Shown: positions 12,911 through 25,729 of the stretch, in pieces
Layout: each line of letters starts with the position of its first letter
Position numbering within the stretch: position 1 is the stretch's first letter
Assembly: GCA_013265495.1 (NCBI GenBank)
Contig: MU058000.1
Span: forward strand, 124,001 to 188,000
Source of the DNA: Vicugna vicugna
Taxonomy: Eukaryota
Reading direction: 5' to 3'
DNA: 64,000 nt
Notes under the pieces: generated by a model
The model's database searches: none
What the model was told of the DNA's origin: nothing
The model's input: only the letters and a program-made list of their open reading frames with translations
Translations under genes and position numbers: made by a program

Positions 12911-13160
12911 GAGATCTGCAGATACTAACTAATATATATAAAACAGATAAACAGCACGTTTATACTACATAGCACATGGAGCTATATTCCATATCATGTA
13001 ATAATTTATGGTGAAAAAGAATATGAAAACGAATATATGTATGCTCCTGTTGACTGAAGCACTGTGGTGTACACCAGAAATTGACACATTATAAACTGAC
13101 TATACTTTAATTGAAAAAAAGAAATATATATATATATGCAAAAAAGAAAAAAAATACAAA
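12911..13160 (+). mobile_element. 5'-truncated camelid/cetartiodactyl L1 3' end with A-rich tail
   Basis: gagatctgcagatactaactaatatatataaaacagataaac...tgtacaccagaaattgacacattataaactgactatact; flanks share aagtctg (partial TSD). Confidence 0.85.
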
Positions 13161-15744
13161 GAAAGTAAGTCTGCAATAACCATTGCCTACTCTAATGGTA
13201 GACAAGTGAAATCAGAGCACATGGCATCACTGAGTAATTTCCATAGAGACATACTGGATATCCTGCACTCTTGGACACCAAGATCTTGAAAATCAGCTGG
13301 TGTGCATAGCTCAAATCTTTTACCACTAATTTTAGCTGAATGAATTCTTTAGAGATGTGCTTAAGGCTCTGACAGTTCTTTTTTTAATATATTTTTAAAA
13401 GTCATAGTTCTAAAAGTTTTTCGGGGTCTTGTATAAGTTTTCTCAGATAGGCAAATCTGTGCATTTTTTTTCTCCATATAGCTACACATTAGGATTTATT
13501 CTATAAATTATCTTTGTAAGTAAATATTGAAAGTATAGGGGTATTAGATTGTTTTAAGTAACTCTGACTTGAAAAGTTGATTAAGCACTGACAAACTGCA
13601 ACTACAAATTACACATTTGCTCTAAGTCAATGAGTTTCAAAATTTTATAACATCCTCCCTAAATAATTGTTTAATCTGTGCATCTCCCTTACTCTCCTTT
13701 CCACACACACATTTTTAGTGGTTGAAATGCTTTTCATCAGTTTAGATAGTTGCAAAGGATGAAAACCCTGGAATGTTGTAAATATATCATCATTTTCTAA
13801 TAAAACTCATATTCCTCATATAAACTTATCCAGCGAACTTTAAATCCCTCATTAATTTGTTACCACCATTTATCCACTTATGAAATAACTAAGTAAGATC
13901 CTCTTTCAAAGACAAAGGTTTTATATTATTCTTTTTGCTCTGAATTTATTTCAAATCTCTTTTCCCTCACAGACTTTCATCCTAATATAAAATGTATTTA
14001 TGTTTCCAGGCCTTCTTACAGGTTATCTTACTCCATCTTTCTTTAACAAAAATGTTCATATACAGAGAGAAAAACTGTTTTTTAAAACTTCCTATGATCA
14101 TGATGCTCTAAGTGTTACACATTATTATTGACTGAATTATCATATGGTTAATATCAGGTATATTAAAATTTTTGAGAAAAAAATTAAATGTGAAATGTCA
14201 AAAAACCCCAAAGCTTCCATAAGTCTCTCTCTTATTGGGATGGACAGAGCTTCCTCTTCTCCTGCACTCAATTAGCTCATGTACCCATTGGTAAATGGGT
14301 AAATGTTCATTTTTGTTTCAGCAAGACAGGGTTCCATTTCTATTACTTGTTTCTATAAATGTACTCACTGAGAAATCTTGTTCACGTAAAACAAGTACGT
14401 GAGAATGAAAGTAGTTTTTTTATAACATCACTCAATTTCTTGAAGGCCTTCCTAGTTTTACAGCAAAGATTACATAGTGATCTGTCATTGAAAATTAATT
14501 TTAATGATCTATCAGCTTGATTAGGTCCTCTTTCAATTTTGCTGAAAGCAAAGAATTAGACAGCACTTGACTTGCCAAAGGATTGTGATGTAGTTATTAA
14601 AGTCATTCACTTGCTGTTTCTGGAAGGTATACCCAAAAGGCTTTATTTACCAAGACTTGTCAACTGACTACAACAGTTCTTTTTTCAGTTAGAGACATTT
14701 CATTGAAATTAACATATGCAAAAAATAAAAAATCCTGTTAATTTCAATACCATTCTATCAGTTAAAAACTTTAATACATTTATTTTACCTTAGCATTAAA
14801 TATACTTGCATCCAAACTTCAGAGCTACAGCTTGGCAAAGCCCAGTCCTCTTGTCAGACCAATCAGCCAAAGCAGCCTTATTTTCTGGCAGAAAAAAATC
14901 TCTGGCTTCATTTCTTAATTCTATGAAATGTGCTAATGTGTCCTTGTGACAAACATCCTACTTTTGAATCATAATTCTAAGATAGATAAATAGATAAGGC
15001 ATGGAGCCGGGCCAGAGCTTGTTAACCTGGATGAAATAAGATACTGCGGCTTTCAATCACTTCTTTCCGACACTTCTTAGCTTTGTTTTCTGAAGCTATC
15101 CATTCTTGGATTATAGCAGGGTGATGGAAGAGGTGAGATCATTAAATAAAGCTGTCTTCACTTCCCCTCAGATCAATAATATATGTTAATTTCAGAACAA
15201 CTCATTCTCAACACTCCACATATCTAACACAACTCTGTTCTTACAAAAAATATGTGTAGTACTAAAAAGGACAAGAAGCCTTACCTTAATAACTCGCTTA
15301 AAGGAGGACCTGAAGACAATAAAATCTTAACTTGCCCCTTGTTTTGCACCATCAGTTGCCTGGGGGAATTTGCTATAATGGGACCTTGGATGGGTGAGAA
15401 GTAGGGCTTTCCTTTGTAAAGTGGGAGGAGGTTGATCATGAAAGGTAAAGAGGGCTTCTACAAGCAGAGCTATCTTAGGATAATGTGCAGGTAGAAGCTG
15501 AGGATATAAAAATCAATTCTCTTAAACCTGTTTATGTCTGACTACCCTTTGGAAGATCTTTGTGTACTCTGAGGGTATGCTACTGGAAGACCACGCACAG
15601 ACTACGTTACTGTCAGGGAAAACATTTAATCATTTTGTTGTAAAAATGAAAGTTCTGCTAACATGTTTCAATTCCCTTTGCTTTTTGGTGAAATGTGTCA
15701 CAGAAACAAAAGAGTACACATTAATATATACATAAAGAAAATGA

Positions 15745-17330
15745 CAATTTTTGTGGTTTTAATTAGCATTTCCCTGATTACGAACGAAGCTGATTATATT
15801 CTTGCATGTTTCTTCAAATGAAATGCTTGCTCGTGTTTTTTACCCTTTTTCTTTTTTTTTCTTTTTAATTTCTGGGTTGTTTATCTTTTTATAATTGCTT
15901 TGTTGGCAATAAGATTTGGATACAAATTGATTTGGAAACAAATTGGTAGTCAGTTATATTTTCTACTACAAATATATTGTTAAGTGTGGCTTTTCTTTTC
16001 ATTCTTTTTATGTTGTCTTTCGATTTGTGGGAGTTTTTAACTTTGATGTGGTTACATCAGTCATTTCCTTTATAATCTACGTTTTCAGTGCCTTTTCTTC
16101 CCCCTAAGTTCTAAGTCCCGAGGTCATGAAGATATTAACTGTATTTTGTTTTAAACTTTTATGGTGCATCATTCACACTTAAGCTTTCATCCATTTTTGC
16201 ATCTGAGATAGGGGTTCAATTTCATTTTTTTCATATCATCTATGAAAAAGTCCATCCTTACTCCCCTGTTATGTGATGCCAGCTGTGTCAAACATCAAGT
16301 TTCTATGTACACATATTTGTTTCTGGATTTTCTATTTGATTACATGAATCTACTTATTTATTTTGTCAAGACTACACTATCCTATATTTCAGTAATTTTA
16401 ATAAAGTTTGATATATGTGAGGAAAACTCCTCCCACCTTGCTCTTCTTCAGAAATATCTTGGCTGTTCCAGAGTGTCTTCTCTATGAAGGAACTGAATTT
16501 TTTTGTTAGACACTCTCCTGTATACTTTGGGTTCTTTGTTACTTTCTTATTGCTATAGTACTTTTAATTACATTTTCTCAGGGATTATTGCTGGAGTTAG
16601 AAGTAAAATGGACTTTCATAAACTGGTTTTTATCAAGCTCGTTAAACTTTATTTTTCATAATTTAACTACAAATTCCTAAAGCTTTTTATACAGACAACA
16701 ACATTATTTCCAAATGATGCTGTGGCGAGTAACACCTACACAGTGTCTAATAGAAACTGTGAAATGGGGCATCCTTTGCTTATTTCTGGTCTTAAAGAAA
16801 GACTTTCAAAATGCTAAGATGTGATTTGCCATAGATTTTTTTTCACATGACTTTTATCAGATTAAGGAAGTTTCCTTCTATTTAGTTTGCTAAAAAGTTT
16901 ATGAGGATGATAATGATATCACAGGAATAAATGCTTCTTATTCATCTAGTGGGATGACATTATTAAAAATATTTCTCCTTAACCTGTCACTGTGGTGAAT
17001 TATACTGATTGATTTTTCTAATGTTAAACCAACTCAATTGCTGGAATAAACTCAATTGATGAATTGGTAATTTGTCAGTGTTCATGATTAATTATACTTT
17101 TTATACATTCCTGGCTTCATTTTGCTAATATTTTATGTATATTTTTGCATCCCTGTTAAAGTGAGATGTTTCTGAATTTTCCTTATTTATACATTCTGTC
17201 TGGTTTTGTCTCAAAGGTTATGCCAATTCATAATGAGTTGGGCATGTTGCTTCTTTTCCATTATAATTCATTTCTTGACCTGTGAGTTGTTTAGAAGTTT
17301 ACTTTCAAACTTCCAAAAGTCTATGGTTTA
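15745..17330 (-). mobile_element. Old degraded L1 (L1M/L1ME) ORF2 region
   Basis: ttgtggttttaattagcatttccctgatta, ggggcatcctttgcttatttctggtcttaaag, tttatcagattaaggaagtttccttctatt: characteristic antisense L1 ORF2 blocks. Confidence 0.8.
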
Positions 17331-17364
17331 TCTGGTTCTTTTTGAATTTTAAAGCTACTTATAA

Positions 17365-17710
17365 TCATGCCACTAAATTCTGGCACATGGAAATGAACAC
17401 AGATCATATGCGTAAATTCCAGTTTTCACCAAAGGGAAGTTACATACATGCTCTCCCTTTCTTTTGTCTACTTATAATATAAATATAAGGACTAGAGGTG
17501 GACCAGGCATCTCAGATCAGGAGGGGGACACAATATATTGAAGATGATAGTGCAAAATAACAAAATAAGCCTGCCTATAACCATACCTGCCATGGATGCC
17601 GTATATTTGGATTGTTACACAAAGGAGAAGCTAATTTCTATCTTATTTAACCCGCTATTATTTTTTGGATTTCTCTGTTAACTGAAGTTATGATAACTCA
17701 AACTAACACA
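17365..17710 (+). mobile_element. MaLR LTR remnant (MLT1H/J-like)
   Basis: 3' end ttctatcttatttaacccgctattattttttggatttctctgtta...aaactaacaca. Confidence 0.55.
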
Positions 17711-20700
17711 AAGGTATGAGAATCTAAATTATCATGGCATTTCTGGAAATGAAAATATAGATCTGAGGCGGTGATACGAAAAACAGAATCTCTGTCTCCA
17801 AGTTGACTGGCCTTCCTTTCTCTTTCATTTCCTTAAATGACTCCTACCTCTTCCAGTCCTGCCTGTATCTCCTCTTCTCCCTTGACCTACCACTTACGAA
17901 GTTCACTAGTTCCTTTCTATAAAAACGGGTAACCACTTTAACCCTGCCTTTCTGATAGCAAACCACCCCAATCCCTAACTTTCCAAGCACAGTCCTAAAG
18001 TCGTATTACTTCCACATGCACTTTCCCCTGCCCCAACCTGCAGTCCGTCACCAGTCCGCTCCGTGCTGCACACCACCACTACAGCCGTACTCCCACACAC
18101 CATGTTCCCCACATCACAACCCCGAATTAAAAACTACTAATATTCCCTATGGGCTAAACAGCCGTGCTACCAGCTTTCACCTCTCACCCTTGAAATGCAC
18201 AGGACAGAATGCAAAGGGATCGCATCAATTCTTTCCAAAAGAGCAGCCCAGAATCCTTCTCAACAGAATATTTCAATAGTCAGTACCAACCGACAGGAAC
18301 AGGCACTCAGGAAGAAAACTACCTGTAACCCTGATAGAAAAGATCAAAATCTAAATTCCTTGATTTGTATTTCAGCACTTCAAAGTGTCTCCTATTACTC
18401 TCTGTGTTATCTCCAATGAGCCTACAAGAAAAAAATAATGTGAAAGTCTTTGAAATGGAACAAAAACTTACCTGGGTATTTTCAATGAAAAACTAGTTCT
18501 TGCTTAGCAGACCCTTCTGGGTTTTCTGATTGCGGGCTTTCTGTACCAGTCTTTGCCTTTGAGCTATTTATAACTTTATGAGTTGTAGAGGACTGATAGC
18601 TATGCAAATGATTCTTGTACATAGACATGTAAATAAATTTTGTCAGGGAGGTTCAGCTGATTTCCTTCTTCCACTATGGAAGAAGCCAGTGTTGCTTCTA
18701 TTTTAAATTCATTTCAGTACTCATAAGTGCTCTCTGAATGTTCCCTGGAGCTGTAACATCTTGCTCATTCTTTCATTAATTAATGAGCTAAACAAACTCA
18801 TTTGTCATGAGTTCATTTTATATCTGCATGAGAGTCATAATTTCATAATTTTACCTTAAAATGTTCTTAAACATCCTTGTAACAGACCCTTTGTTCATTA
18901 ATGCCTTTAAACTTTGATTACTTTCCCAACATGCAATGTCTTCTCTGACTCTTTCTACCTGACACTACTGATTCTTTACATTTCAGTGATGGATCTAATC
19001 TCCTCCATCATGTCTTCAACTACAAAAGCCATGCTCTTCCTGATAAACCTAGACTTCAGTGACGTCTGAATTTATTTTACAATTATTGTTTCTTCGTAAT
19101 ACTTTCTACAAAATGCATTCTTATTCACATGCTGTAGACGGTGCATATTTATCTTATATCATCAATTCAGTTATATGTAAGGAACTTCTCTCCTCAATTA
19201 AAGTGCAAATGCCTTGAAAGAACTAATCACAATTCATTTTCCTTTACTCCTCTTCATCGTACACATAGCGCCTTATGCCCAATGAATAGCCACTGCTGAG
19301 TCCCATCCGTGGCCCATGAACTGGGGCTCTCGGTCAAGATGTTTTTTTCAGGTTATCACTTAATTTTATTTGGGGAACAACCTACTATGTTTTGGCTGAA
19401 GGTGGTTCTTTTCTAGGGAAATTCACACTAAATTTTAATGAAGCTCATTAGAGCTTCTGTGAAACAGCAAATAAAGTGTAGTGCTGATCAGAAGGGCTGA
19501 GGAAAACAGAATAAACGGATATGCTTCTGGGTAACTTTCCCCCCAGCTCTTGGGGCTGTGTGTACCTATATTCCAAAGAACAGTCTTATATGTTCAGTTT
19601 GACATCCATTCTTTCATTCAACAGATGTTTATTCATTACCCACTATACATTAGGAATTTTTGACAAGCCCTAGGGATGCATTTGCAAATAAAATGTAATT
19701 TGTAATCCAACAAGTTTACTTGCTAGTGAAGAAGGAGAAGGGAGAGTTGAGAAAGAGGAGGAAAAACAGACACAACGGTGACCTAAGCATGTAGACAACT
19801 GGTGACAAGCCAAATCAAGTTAACTCAATATGATGAAAAGACCATCTTATTTTCTGGTGTTAAATCTACTAAACCTGTAAAATTAATCTATTGTAAATAT
19901 TCCTAATGGAATAATGAAATTTCAAACACTTTTCAGATTTGTATCACTGGAATATACACCCTACATTCAAAGCCTTACATATCCAAGTACCAACTAAACC
20001 GAATGAGGGACCACCAATACTTTTCTATAGTTTAAGTGCTGAGTTGCAAGAGAATTGTAAATGATCTTGAGACTGCTTCCAGCATATTTGATTTTATGAA
20101 CTATAAAATACTTTACCAGCTGAATAGTCTAACAAGTGTATTAAATCTGCTTCTTATAATGCCACATGAAGTCACAGGATTTCATAACATTTTAGTATTA
20201 ACATTATTACTGAGCATTTTCATTTTTATGGTTTTACTTATAATTATTTCAAATTAAAACCATCTTGAGAAAACTGCCACTGTGAAAAACCTAGTTCATT
20301 TAATCAATTTTATTTTTCTCATGATGACTTTTTATTTTTATCCTTTATTCCTAGAGGAACCCTTAGAATAAAGCATTTAAGATTTAATGCCATAGTACTT
20401 TGTTAGCAAAGAGATTATGTAAATAAAAAAGATTAACAAATACTAATAAAAGTTATAGGCTTTTTGTTGTTATTGATATGATTTTCAGCTTCACATATTG
20501 GTATAATTAAAATGATTAATTAAGAAATAATAAGCAATCACATAATGATAATGATAACCTAACATTTGTTTGGTCCTAAATATTTTCACATATATTTTCT
20601 CTTAATTCTCATAACACCCTGATAAAATAAGTTTACTTATAATCATTTTTACAGATGAAGGAGTCAAGAAACGAGTGATTTACTAAATGCTGTATAAGTG

Positions 20701-21089
20701 GCATTTTGTATGCTGAACCCAAGTCCTCAAACTCAAAATTTCTGTTTTTGTTCATACTTTTAAAAAGAGCATTTAATTCACAAGCCAAATCCTGTTGGCA
20801 AGACACTTCCTAAGAGTAAGTAAAATATATGTGAAGGAACACTAAACATTTAATTCATCTATAATGTCATCATACTGAAACTGAGAGGGTCAGTGTACTT
20901 TCCAAATGGCCCAGTTAAATCTAAGGAATAGATTATTTATCCACTAGGGTCTGGACACTGCTGATCAAAATGACTTGCTTACACAGGACTAAAATGTGCT
21001 CTATTAGCATCTTTCCATTCCTCATGATCACAAAATAAATATTTTATTCTTTAGTAGCCTTATTGTGTATAAGTTTCTTATTTTTTTGC

Positions 21090-21790
21090 CTGCTCATTAA
21101 AAGCATAAAAAAAATCACCACTAGTCCCAAACTACTTTTAATATTTTGTCTGTTTTCAAAAGCCTTTTTTTAACACAAAATACATATATTCAACATTTGA
21201 ATCATACTCTCCATATAACATTAAATACTTTCTCCTCACCTCACACCGTGTAACAGCATGGCAATATTTACTTTCTGAAAATGACTTTTTATGGCTGAAT
21301 AACATTTCATCATAAAGTATACCATAACTTATTTTATCATTCGTTCAACCCACATGGCTTTTATTATAAAAATTTAACACAATCTTTTATTTTAAACCTG
21401 CGAACAGACAAAGGAGTAAAATCACAGCCTTAATTCTTATTTAACAAGTCACTATTAAGATGGTTCTCAATTTTTTGTATTCTTTTTTCACATGCCTCTC
21501 ATCACAAGTTATCATTCAGGTACACGCAATTTTGTATCTTGAATTTGTTTCCATTTAACATTATATGATACTCCTTTTTCATAATCATTGTGTCATGTTG
21601 GGTGGACATTTCACACCTTATCTAACCATTACTTTATTGCCACACAGTAAGTTGTCTCCCCTTTTTTTCTATTCAAAAGTATGTAAATCATTTTCCAATA
21701 AATATTGCAAGCATATAATCTTTACGCTCATGCACTTTAAAAAGATGATTTTCTAATAATAGACTCCCTCAAGTAAGATTATTGAAAAAA
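21090..21790 (-). mobile_element. Very old L1ME 3' fragments
   Basis: tttttatggctgaataacatttcatcataaagtataccataacttattt and attttgtatcttg...catttaacattatat blocks. Confidence 0.45.
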
Positions 21791-22185
21791 AGGCTTTATC
21801 ATTATTTGGATATTGAAAAAAAAAGTTGAACGTCTAGACTTCAAAGTGTAAATAGCATCCCGATCTGACTTTCTTATTGACTCATTCTTTTAGCGACTGG
21901 GAGATACAGAAATAAAATCAGTACATATTGGCAACATCATCTTTTGAGAGTGGTGATCACTTAAATATCATATTTTTGCTTTTTTCCTGTATTTTTTTTT
22001 TTCATTTTAAAAGTCTGTTATCAACATACCTTTCAGGCATAGTTTAGCTTATTTTCCCCTTTGACTCTTAGATGTAGTTTTAGAAATGCTTTCTGGGACT
22101 GCTTCCTTTGGGGAGTGCTCTGAAATCCATACCAAGGACCCAGCAGTGATTCTGACAGGAGGAGAAAGAAAATTCCCCAACTTAC

Positions 22186-22209
22186 CGTTTCTAACGCATT
22201 TACACGGTC
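22186..22209 (-). CDS. CEP128: CEP128 24-nt symmetric (phase 0-0) coding microexon: DRVNALET
   Basis: Minus strand reads tatgctttatttgcag|GAC CGT GTA AAT GCG TTA GAA ACG|gtaagt. Consensus donor; continues the frame and heptad pattern (M..L...V..L) of the 50-nt exon; resembles recalled human DRVIALET. Confidence 0.9.
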
Positions 22210-23954
22210 CTGCAAATAAAGCATAATATATAATTATAAAAACAAAGTTATTAAAAATCACTTCAAGTTTACTTAAGTTTTAAGACTATTTATCTTCTAT
22301 TAGTAACATTTTTTTGAAGAATGTAAAAAAGGAAAACTACTCAGAATGATCTCTCCAACAGAAACATATTCATAAAAGAATCCTTTTTAATCATCTCAAC
22401 TAGTGTTAGGACTACAAGGTTTAATTTAAGTTAAATATCATATATTTAGATACAGTTTCTAAGTGAAATAGATCTGACCACTTTTCTATTGGTAAAATTA
22501 CTTCTCTAAGGAAATAAAATTATTGGATACATTTGAATATATGAACCAGAACTAGACAATAGTAATGATATAAAAAAGGAATTTAGCACACAAACCAGCT
22601 CTCAATTAGGTATACAGCACACAGTGTGACCTCACAGGAAGGTAAAGTTCAGACATAAAAATAAGATCACCAACTAAAATTAATATGTATATTGTTAATT
22701 GAAACAAGGCAGGAAAAATACATGAGACAGAAATGTCATGCAGCCAATCCTAAACCCAGACAGGTCTCTACTACCTTCAGCATCTTAACAAGGTTTTCAT
22801 AGAAATATTGGTTTTGAAAAGGGTCATTGACAATATCTCAAAAATCTAAATGATAAAGAAAATGGTTTCATTCTCAATCTAATGGTTGTGTTCTCATCTC
22901 TTTCCAGAGCTGATAGCTACATACAAGAAGTTCTTACCAAAGAAAAAAGGCTGAAACTGAGAGATGAGAGTCTGAAAATTTAAGAAAGTGCAAAACTATC
23001 CTTTTTAAGAGGATCAAGGCCATTTTTCTTTCTATTTTCTCATTTTAAGCGGCTGGAGGAGATATTTGAAATCTGGATTTCTTTGTTCTTTAGTTAATCA
23101 TTTGCTGTTCTAAGAGGAAAAGAGGGAAGACGGCGCACAGGGTTATTCAGCTCAGATCTCTGTGGCCCTGCAGAGAGTGACATGGACCCACGACACTCAG
23201 GAGCATAAACCTGGCCTTCCCTTGCATTCTCCCAGCTTCGCCTAATACACAGAGGCCTTGCCTTTGAGGACTGCAACCCAGCCTCCAAACCTCAGACTGG
23301 GAAACTGGGTTGCACATTTCGGCCCCTTTGAACATTTGGCTATGTGGGGACAAGTTAAATGAATGTATTACGCAAAATGAACCCAAAGTAGACTTTTTCA
23401 CAATACAGTCTGTTTAATTGCATTTTGTTGGCATACTTGAGAGAACCTCACCCTTGCCCTCATAATTTTCATAAAATAGTTCTATTTTATTGGTGACTTG
23501 TGTACTGTCACATTTGAGTACTTCATAATAAATGCATACAATGCATCAAAGGGGGTCACATCTGTTGTTACCAGCCATCTTATTCACAGTGCGTCTGGGA
23601 CAAAACCATTCAGCAAAGCTTTATCATCCTTTGCAGACTGAACAGAATCTCATGAGACAGTCTTTGGGCAGTCTCGCACCTACAGACACCATCCCGGAAG
23701 GCTTAGGGCTTTAAGTTGTCCCCACGCCACGTATTTATGGGGCTTCTATCATTTATGATTTGTATATTTTAAAGGCACACATACAGCTGGTTTGAAATCA
23801 GCTGATGTCATATGATGCCAAAACAGAACAACTGAATTAAACTCTCTCTTAATTCCTATCTCAGTGTTTGGTAAAGATAAACTGATATAACTTATGTATT
23901 AATGTATTCATTTTACTTAAACATTTGTTACAGGATTTTAAAAGTGATACATAC

Positions 23955-24312
23955 TGTCATAGACTACACGTTTGGGACCTCAAAATTCATGTGTTGAAAC
24001 CCTGATCCCCAGTGCACTGGCATTTGCAGTGTGGTCTTTGCGAGGTAAGAGGTCACGATGATACAGCCCTGATGGGATTAGTGCCCATGCAGGAAGAGAC
24101 ACAAGAATGCTTGTTTCTCTTTCTGTCCTCTGTCATGCAGAGCCATATCGAGAAGATGGCCGTCTACAAGTCAGGAAGAGTCCCTTACCAAGAACCGAAT
24201 GGGCCAGCACCTTGATCTTGGACTTGCTAGGCTTCAGAGCTATGAGAAATGTCTGTTGTTTAAGTCACGCAGCCACAGTACTTTGGTATAGTAGTCCAAG
24301 CTGACTGAGACA
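23955..24312 (+). mobile_element. MLT1A-type MaLR solo LTR
   Basis: tgtcatagact...caaaattcatgtgttgaaaccctgatcccca...gcaccttgatcttggactt...gctgactgagaca. Confidence 0.85.
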
Positions 24313-25249
24313 TAGGCCTAGTCTATAAGACCATAAACACCAAAGGTCAAAAACCTCCAATCCTTTAAAATATACAGATCAATAATCTACTTCAATGCAA
24401 TTTGCTTATGTCTGTTTGTCTATAACCTACACCATTCCAAAAATGGTACTGAGATAACTTTAAATGAAAAATGTATATGTTAAGAAAATGAGAAAATTAG
24501 GGAAATAAGAAATTCAGTCCATTAACCTGAATTTAAATAATTCAATCAACACCAGCTAATAGGATGCCAGCCACGGCTGCCAATTAGTGAGTGCCGTCTA
24601 AATTGCATTTTTTTGGTCTTAATTGTACGCTATACATAAAAAGAAACTACTCCTAATCTTCATGAACTTATTAACTTGCTTTTGAAATTTAAGAAATGTA
24701 TTTGGAAAATATAAATGGTTGTAGATGACTTCTTTTTGGCAGACAAGATTAGTTATTATAACACTGTATATAGAAGAATTAAGTTACTACAAATCCTGAT
24801 TCTTAAACAAAGTATTTGTGTACTTCCTCTCATATTCTTATCATTAAAATAGAGATAACTTAAGCCAATACTGTGGCACTGATATAGTCTATGAAAAAAA
24901 AATGCCATATACATCCTAGAATGAACATATAATTATACCAAAATATGTTCTCCTTAACCTCGCCCACTCCCACTCTCACTGCAACTGTAGTGTCTTGTTG
25001 CTGTTGCTTAAGCTTCAATGTTCATTTCAGCTGATTTTTATCTTCAAGTTCAACCTGCAGGCCCAACAGTCTCCCCTCCTCTCCCACCAGACACACAATC
25101 CCAACCTTGGATCTTGGAAAAAAAAAAAAAAAACTGCAAGGATGCTGAAAGGGGGTTAGCAGGTGAGCGGAGTGGAGAGGGAAGAAGGCTCCATAAGCAA
25201 TGAAGACACTCGCCCTATAATCAAGCCATTTCAGGTGGTTTTAATAAAT

Positions 25250-25405
25250 CAGTAGTTCCTATTTTTGTAGTCACAGACTTTACGAATCTGACGAAAATTT
25301 ATCTTTTCCCCAGGGAATGTACATTATATAGGACGCATATAATTTTGCATATACTTTTAGGAGAACTGCAGACTCTCTGGAGCCCAGCCATGGGCCTCCA
25401 AGTAC
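25250..25405. mobile_element. hAT-Charlie MITE remnant (subfamily uncertain)
   Basis: cagtagttcct...gtcacagactttacgaatctgacgaaa...aattttgcatatacttttagg...gcccagccatggg. Confidence 0.55.
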
Positions 25406-25674
25406 TTTTGCTCCAAACAAAAATACCTGAAATAAGATGTAAGAATTATACAGATAAATTATTTTAGTGAACCAAATCTATTTATTTCTCCTGTATGAAA
25501 CATTTCTGGATAGCGAGGAAAGAAACAATTGGGAGTGGAAGGTTAAAAAATCAAAGGAGAAATTTCCTTCAAATATTTTGAAGAAAAAAGTTCTTGGGGA
25601 AACAAATGTTTTATTGCTATTGGTCTTTTTTTTTGTAATTGGATAGTCCCTTTCCCACTATTCTTTAGTACTAA

Positions 25675-25677
<3 letters not shown>

Positions 25678-25728
<51 letters not shown>
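25678..25728 (+). repeat. (TAT)17 perfect trinucleotide microsatellite
   Basis: Direct count of 17 uninterrupted TAT units. Confidence 0.97.

Positions 25729-25729
<1 letters not shown>

Noticed and set aside
18466..18570. Strong minus-strand donor CAG|gtaagt at 18471/18472, considered as the next CEP128 exon
   Set aside because: No convincing acceptor or pyrimidine tract, a stop in the frame ending at the donor, and no match to the expected STQVALDHL peptide.
22033..22224. 63-aa minus-strand ORF MLYLQDRVNALETVSW...
   Set aside because: Only DRVNALET is coding; the rest is intron on either side of the microexon splice sites.
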